Source of the DNA: Octopus bimaculoides
Taxonomy: Eukaryota
Length of the DNA stretch: 37,795 nucleotides
Direction: 5' to 3'
NCBI RefSeq assembly: GCF_001194135.2
Contig: NC_068982.1
Coordinates: 6,132,360-6,170,154 of the forward strand
The translations under genes were made by a program, and so were the position numbers. Below, piece by piece: positions 33,576 to 37,795 of this stretch (positions within the stretch are counted from its first letter, which is position 1; each line of letters begins with the position of its first letter). The notes below the pieces were generated by a model. That model ran no database searches and was not told the origin of the DNA. It worked only from the letters and a program-made list of their open reading frames with translations.

Positions 33576-34117
33576 CAGGGTGGGGCAGATAGGACGGATG
33601 TTTTTTAAAATGGCTGTTACTCAGTCTTGGCGGAAGGACATATGTCCGGCAGGTATCATTCGGTCGGTGGTGTCTTAGCATTTTGTTTTCTTTTCAGGTG
33701 AAGCCATGGCGCTGTGGACGATAGAGCATCGCGTTTTGCCTACGACAGTTACGTGAAGAATAACGAGTCTGTCACAGCAGTTCAGCGTGAGTTTCGGCGG
33801 CACTTCAACATTTACCGAAATCAGGCTGTTCCCACCCGTAACCCAATCTTATGTTGGGTGAATGCTCTTCGTACACGAGGTACACTAATGAACAGAAGAC
33901 CGGGGGAGGGGAGCGAAAATGGAGGCCAACTTCCAAGAATGTCTTCAGAAATACATCACTGAAAATGGACACCACATGATGGATGATGTTTTCCACACTT
34001 GATTTTGACAAATGGTAATTCAATACAAACACATTGATGTCAATAAAATTTGTTTGCAGCTAAAATTAATGATTTTGTGAATTTTTCAAAAACATCCGTC
34101 CCCTCTGCCCCACCCTG
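33576..34117 (+). mobile_element. Internally deleted Tc1/mariner element with intact TIRs and TA TSD
   Basis: TA-CAGGGTGGGGCAGATAGGACGGATGTTTTT...AAAAACATCCGTCCCCTCTGCCCCACCCTG-TA, a 30-bp TIR with 2 mismatches. It encodes MALWTIEHRV/AYDSYVKNNESVTAVQREFRRHFNI (HTH, DUF4817-like) fused to a C-terminal MEANFQECLQKYITENGHHMMDDVFHT*. Confidence 0.92.
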
Positions 34118-34144
34118 TACATGCTGTACAACCCAAAGTTTTTT

Positions 34145-34830
34145 TTTTTTTTACTCTTACCCTTTTATTTCTCTCGGTCATTGTAATGCGGCCATGCTGG
34201 GGCACCGCTTGAAAGGGTTCGACTAATTAAGTCGAAACTCCTCTTTACAATCTTTCAGCCATGATACTTATTCCAACGGTGTTTTTGCCTAATCCACTGA
34301 TTCTCAACCATTTTTGTTTTTTTTTACCCATGGACCACTTTGATTCCTGGTTTGCTCGGGTTGACCCTCAGAGCTATTCCATGTTAAAGAAATCTTTTTA
34401 TATTTTTATAGCAAAATATTATTGGGAGTTGGATAAAAAAACTTTTTTGAAATTTTTACGTATTACAGAAGTATAACCAGTTTATTGCACATAAATTTTA
34501 GCAGCAAAATCTTATGTGGGACCCTCAAGTGTAGAGAACCGCTGGCCTGATCGATAAGTTACGGGGTCGTAAACAAAACTACACCGGTTGTCAAGCAGTG
34601 TGTATGGGACAAATACAAAGACACACACACACACTCAAACACACACGCACACACACACACTCACATACACACATGATGAGCTTCCAGAGTTTTTGTCTCC
34701 CAGATTCACTCACAAGGCATTGGTCGGCTCAGGTTTATAAAAGAAAATAAAATACTTACCCAAGGTGCTGCACGCTGGGACCGAAACCGAAACAGCTTGT
34801 TTGAGAAGCTTACTTATTAATCCCACAACA
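34145..34830 (-). mobile_element. Bipartite SINE interrupted by a hAT-like MITE
   Basis: Tail gcggccatgctggggcaccgc at about 34188-34208. It resumes gataagttacgggg after 34552, and the head cccaaggtgc lies at about 34759-34768. Confidence 0.75.
34295..34544. mobile_element. hAT (Charlie-like) MITE with an 8-bp TSD
   Basis: TIRs CACTGATTCTCAAC and GTAGAGAACCGCTG (10/14 match). TSD gcctaatc (34287-34294) and gcctgatc (34545-34552). Confidence 0.8.
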
Positions 34831-34899
34831 ATGTCTGTATGTTCATAATTTGAAAACAAAAAGCGTTTGATTTTTTTTCTATTTGTATACTTGTAATTG

Positions 34900-35350
34900 T
34901 ATTATTATTTTTTTTCTTCTTTCTTCAAACTTTCTTCCATTTCTCGCTGAGTGTTTTCCGTACACCTAGGGCAGAGAAGCTCATTGTATGCTTTCCCAGT
35001 TTACACACGCAAATTCACAGGTAAAATATGTATTTAAAATGGATGTTGTTTTCACAGCGATAATGCTCTTCTCGGTACATGAGTCGTTCCAGTTAACACG
35101 ATTTTTTAAAACTTCCTGAAGGGATAGTAAGCCTGGTATCATTTTCAAATAGGTTTCAGTACCTTTTTTTTATCATTCCTAGAGCTCCTACAATCACTGA
35201 GTCGCCTTGAGATGCCACATTTTTTCAATTTCTTTTAGCAAGTCTTTATATTTACTAATCTTGTCAAATTCTTTCGCCGCTATATTGTGATCGCGAGGAT
35301 TACTCATGTCAATTAGTTTGTTTATTTCGCATAACAATAGTTTGGCAAAG
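34900..35350 (-). mobile_element. REL-endonuclease non-LTR retrotransposon 3' end (R4/Dong-like)
   Basis: Frames join to LIDMSNPRDHNIAAKEFDKISKYKDL../EKMWHLKAT..VIVGALGMIKKGTETYLKMIPG..SLQEV/KIVLTGTTHVPRRALSL* (stop 35052-35054), matching the REL D-P-D...KE-K-KY-L...GALG motif. The 3' UTR ends in (AAT)n. Confidence 0.8.
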
Positions 35351-35374
35351 AGAGCTTCTTTTCTGCTTTCTTTT

Positions 35375-35574
35375 TTTTTTTATACTCGTTTCGGTGATTA
35401 GACTGAGACCATGCTGGAGCACTCCCTTGAAGAATTTTTAATCGAATGATCCAATCCAAGTATTTATTTTTTTTCCAAGCCTGCTGCTTATTCTATCGGT
35501 TCTCTTTTGCCGAACGGCTACTTACAGGGACGTAAACACATCAACACCGGTCGTCAAGCGGTGGTGGTGATCAA

Positions 35575-35640
<66 letters not shown>

Positions 35641-35770
35641 GTACCAGAATCTGTTTTCAGTTTCCAAATCTACTAACAAAGTCTTAGTCGTCTTGAGACT
35701 ACTATGGCGAAAGACCCTCGCCTAAGGTGCCACGCAGTGGGTCTGAACACGGAAGCATGTGGTTGGGAAA
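35375..35770 (-). mobile_element. Bipartite SINE, diverged
   Basis: ccatgctggagcac, ttttgccgaacggcta, cggtcgtcaagcggtgg, (CA)n, then aaggtgccacgcagtggg. Confidence 0.8.
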
Positions 35771-37184
35771 TGCTACAGGATAGCTGCCATCCACTGATCG
35801 AAATTAGTAAAAGACTTTCTGTAATAATAAAATAATAACGCAACAAAATGAAGACAGTAAGTCTAGAAAGAAAAGTTTTTTGCGTTCAAAGCAGAAATAT
35901 TTTTGAAACTCGAATATCGAGAAGTAGACCGGGATTATCGCAGTATTAGATAAGAGACAGAAGGATTAGATCAATAAAATTGATATATATCAATTTCTTG
36001 ACCTATACACAGATAAGATCTTCAGTTTCTTCCAAAATGAATCACGAGTCTTATCTTCCCAAGTGGCCATCACAAATATCTGTCGAAAAATACAGAGAAA
36101 CTTGGCTGCAATTGATATTGTGTTGAAAGGCATCTGATCGCCTAATCTCCTTAATGAAAACGTCGCTGCGCGATTACGATGGAAGACAGTTCAAACGTCT
36201 ACCCCTTAATGCAATATAACCCCACCCGTGCTAACAATATCAATATGAACCAAAAAGGGTACCTTTACATAATCATTCAACTTGCTAGAAATAATAATCA
36301 AATGTTTGTCAACCCATGCCATATACTAACTTAAAACGGCGGAGAACTCATTTGGGTAATATAATTTATACATGCAATATGCTTGATAAAAATATAAATA
36401 CATATGCAAGTATATATATGTGTGTGTGTGTACATATGTATATATCTATATATATATATATATACATATGTATATATATATATATATATATATATNNNNN
36501 NNNNNNNNNNNNNNNNNNNNNNNNNNNNNNNNNNNNNNNNNNNNNNNNNNNNNNNNNNNNNNNNNNNNNNNNNNNNNNNNNNNNNNNNNNNNNNNNNNNN
36601 NNNNNNNNNNNNNNNNNNNNNNNNNNNNNNNNNNNNNNNNNNNNNNNNNNNNNNNNNNNNNNNNNNNNNNNNNNNNNNNNNNNNNNNNNNNNNNNNNNNN
36701 NNNNNNNNNNNNNNNNNNNNNNNNNNNNNNNNNNNNNNNNNNNTATATATATATATATACATGCATACATATTCTGGTATTATTTTTAGAGTTTTAGGTT
36801 TAAGGTTTTTGGTTTGTGTTTTTGATCTTTTGATCTTTGCATTCTGGGTCCAAGTTATTTGGCCTCCTGACATTTTGGTCTCCTCCTGACCGGAAAGGAT
36901 TATTCCAAATCCGGGCTAACGATAATATGACCCCAATATTACACAGAACGGCGCCTCAATGTGTGCAGCATGTCAGTCGCAGCATCATGCTCTCAGCCGC
37001 GATAGAAAATGATGCCCGTCATTGGAATGAAATTTCTACGTAGATAGGACAAAAGTGTCGGCCGCTAACTTCTTACGAAGCGACGACGTAGACGTTGGGA
37101 GTGTTTGATGTCATCAAATGGAATGATAATGTCATGTGGTAGGGTTTTATTGATAGGCAGATCTACCATCCCTCTTCCTATTTT

Positions 37185-37410
37185 TCATCGTCATCATCAT
37201 CATCATCATCATTGTCGTCATCATCATCATCATCGTCGTTGTCATCATCATCATCGTCATCGTCGTCATCGTCATCATCATCATCACCATTCTCGGTTCT
37301 TGTCCTCGTTGTCATCGTCGTGTCGACGTCTTCCACCACCGTCGTTCAATGTCGTCGTCGTCGTCCTGGTAACCGTCGTGGTCTTCATAATCATGATCGT
37401 GATCATGTTG
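37185..37410. repeat. (CAT)n/(CGT)n imperfect trinucleotide repeat
   Basis: Read directly from the sequence; it produces the poly-H and poly-S ORFs in the track. Confidence 0.9.
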
Positions 37411-37588
37411 TCATCAATAATTTCAGTTTGTGGAGGAAAATACTGAGAGAAAATCGACCAAGACCAGAAGTTTTGTAGATGGAGAGAAAAAAAAACAAAA
37501 AAAAAACGTGACGCAGGTTCATGATTTGGAGGCATACGGGAAGCATGAGGTAATAGGGAATGTAAATGAGCCACAAGGAGAACTGGAG

Positions 37589-37589
<1 letters not shown>

Positions 37590-37635
<46 letters not shown>

Positions 37636-37639
37636 ACGA

Positions 37640-37675
<36 letters not shown>

Positions 37676-37795
37676 AAAAATGAAAGAAAGAAAGAAAGAA
37701 CGAAAGAACGAAAGAACGAACGAAAGAAAGAAAGAAAGAAAAATTGAAAGAAAGAAAGAAAGAAAGAACGAAAGAACGAAAGAACGAACGAACGA
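37590..37795. repeat. (GAAA)n with interspersed GAAC variants
   Basis: Read directly from the sequence. Confidence 0.95.

Larger units (their letters stand above)
6168..36743. other. Nine assembly gaps: 6168-6537, 8381-8949, 17595-17775, 19545-19799, 21853-22039, 25947-26449, 28031-28200, 29409-29418, 36496-36743
   Basis: Runs of N; most are flanked on at least one side by (TA)n, (CA)n or (CT)n tracts. Confidence 0.98.

Noticed and set aside
37104-37118. TTTGATG-T-CATCAAA palindrome (TCF-like pair)
   Set aside because: Seven-bp AT-rich arms are expected a few times per 38 kb, and the TCF consensus C is absent.
37105-37574. His-rich, Ser-rich or Asp-rich protein
   Set aside because: It is a (CAT/CGT)n simple repeat open in several frames, with no splice or domain support.

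Overview
Eukaryotic, AT-rich, microsatellite-dense scaffold sequence with nine N-gaps. The repeat families look cephalopod (Octopus-like; this is inferred from recognising the repeats, not from a database search). I found no recognisable host gene, tRNA, rRNA or CRISPR array; most long ORFs in the track are artefacts of (CA)n/(TA)n tracts and N-gaps. The window is a layered transposon graveyard: several tRNA-derived SINE families, CR1/L2-group, RTE and R4/Dong-like LINE 3' fragments, two GIY-YIG Penelope-like (PLE) fragments, a Helitron 3' end with a PIF1-type helicase remnant, three Tc1/mariner derivatives, and hAT-like, Kolobok-like and foldback MITEs. The most interesting signals are: (1) four hammerhead-ribozyme motifs, one with a fully canonical core and a GUC site and no nearby ORF (29133-29176); (2) a SINE/LINE shared 3' tail whose stem-loop shows two compensatory base-pair swaps; (3) an RTE LINE ending in three C2H2-spaced zinc-finger motifs; (4) a CpG-rich 55-bp tandem array built from hairpins.
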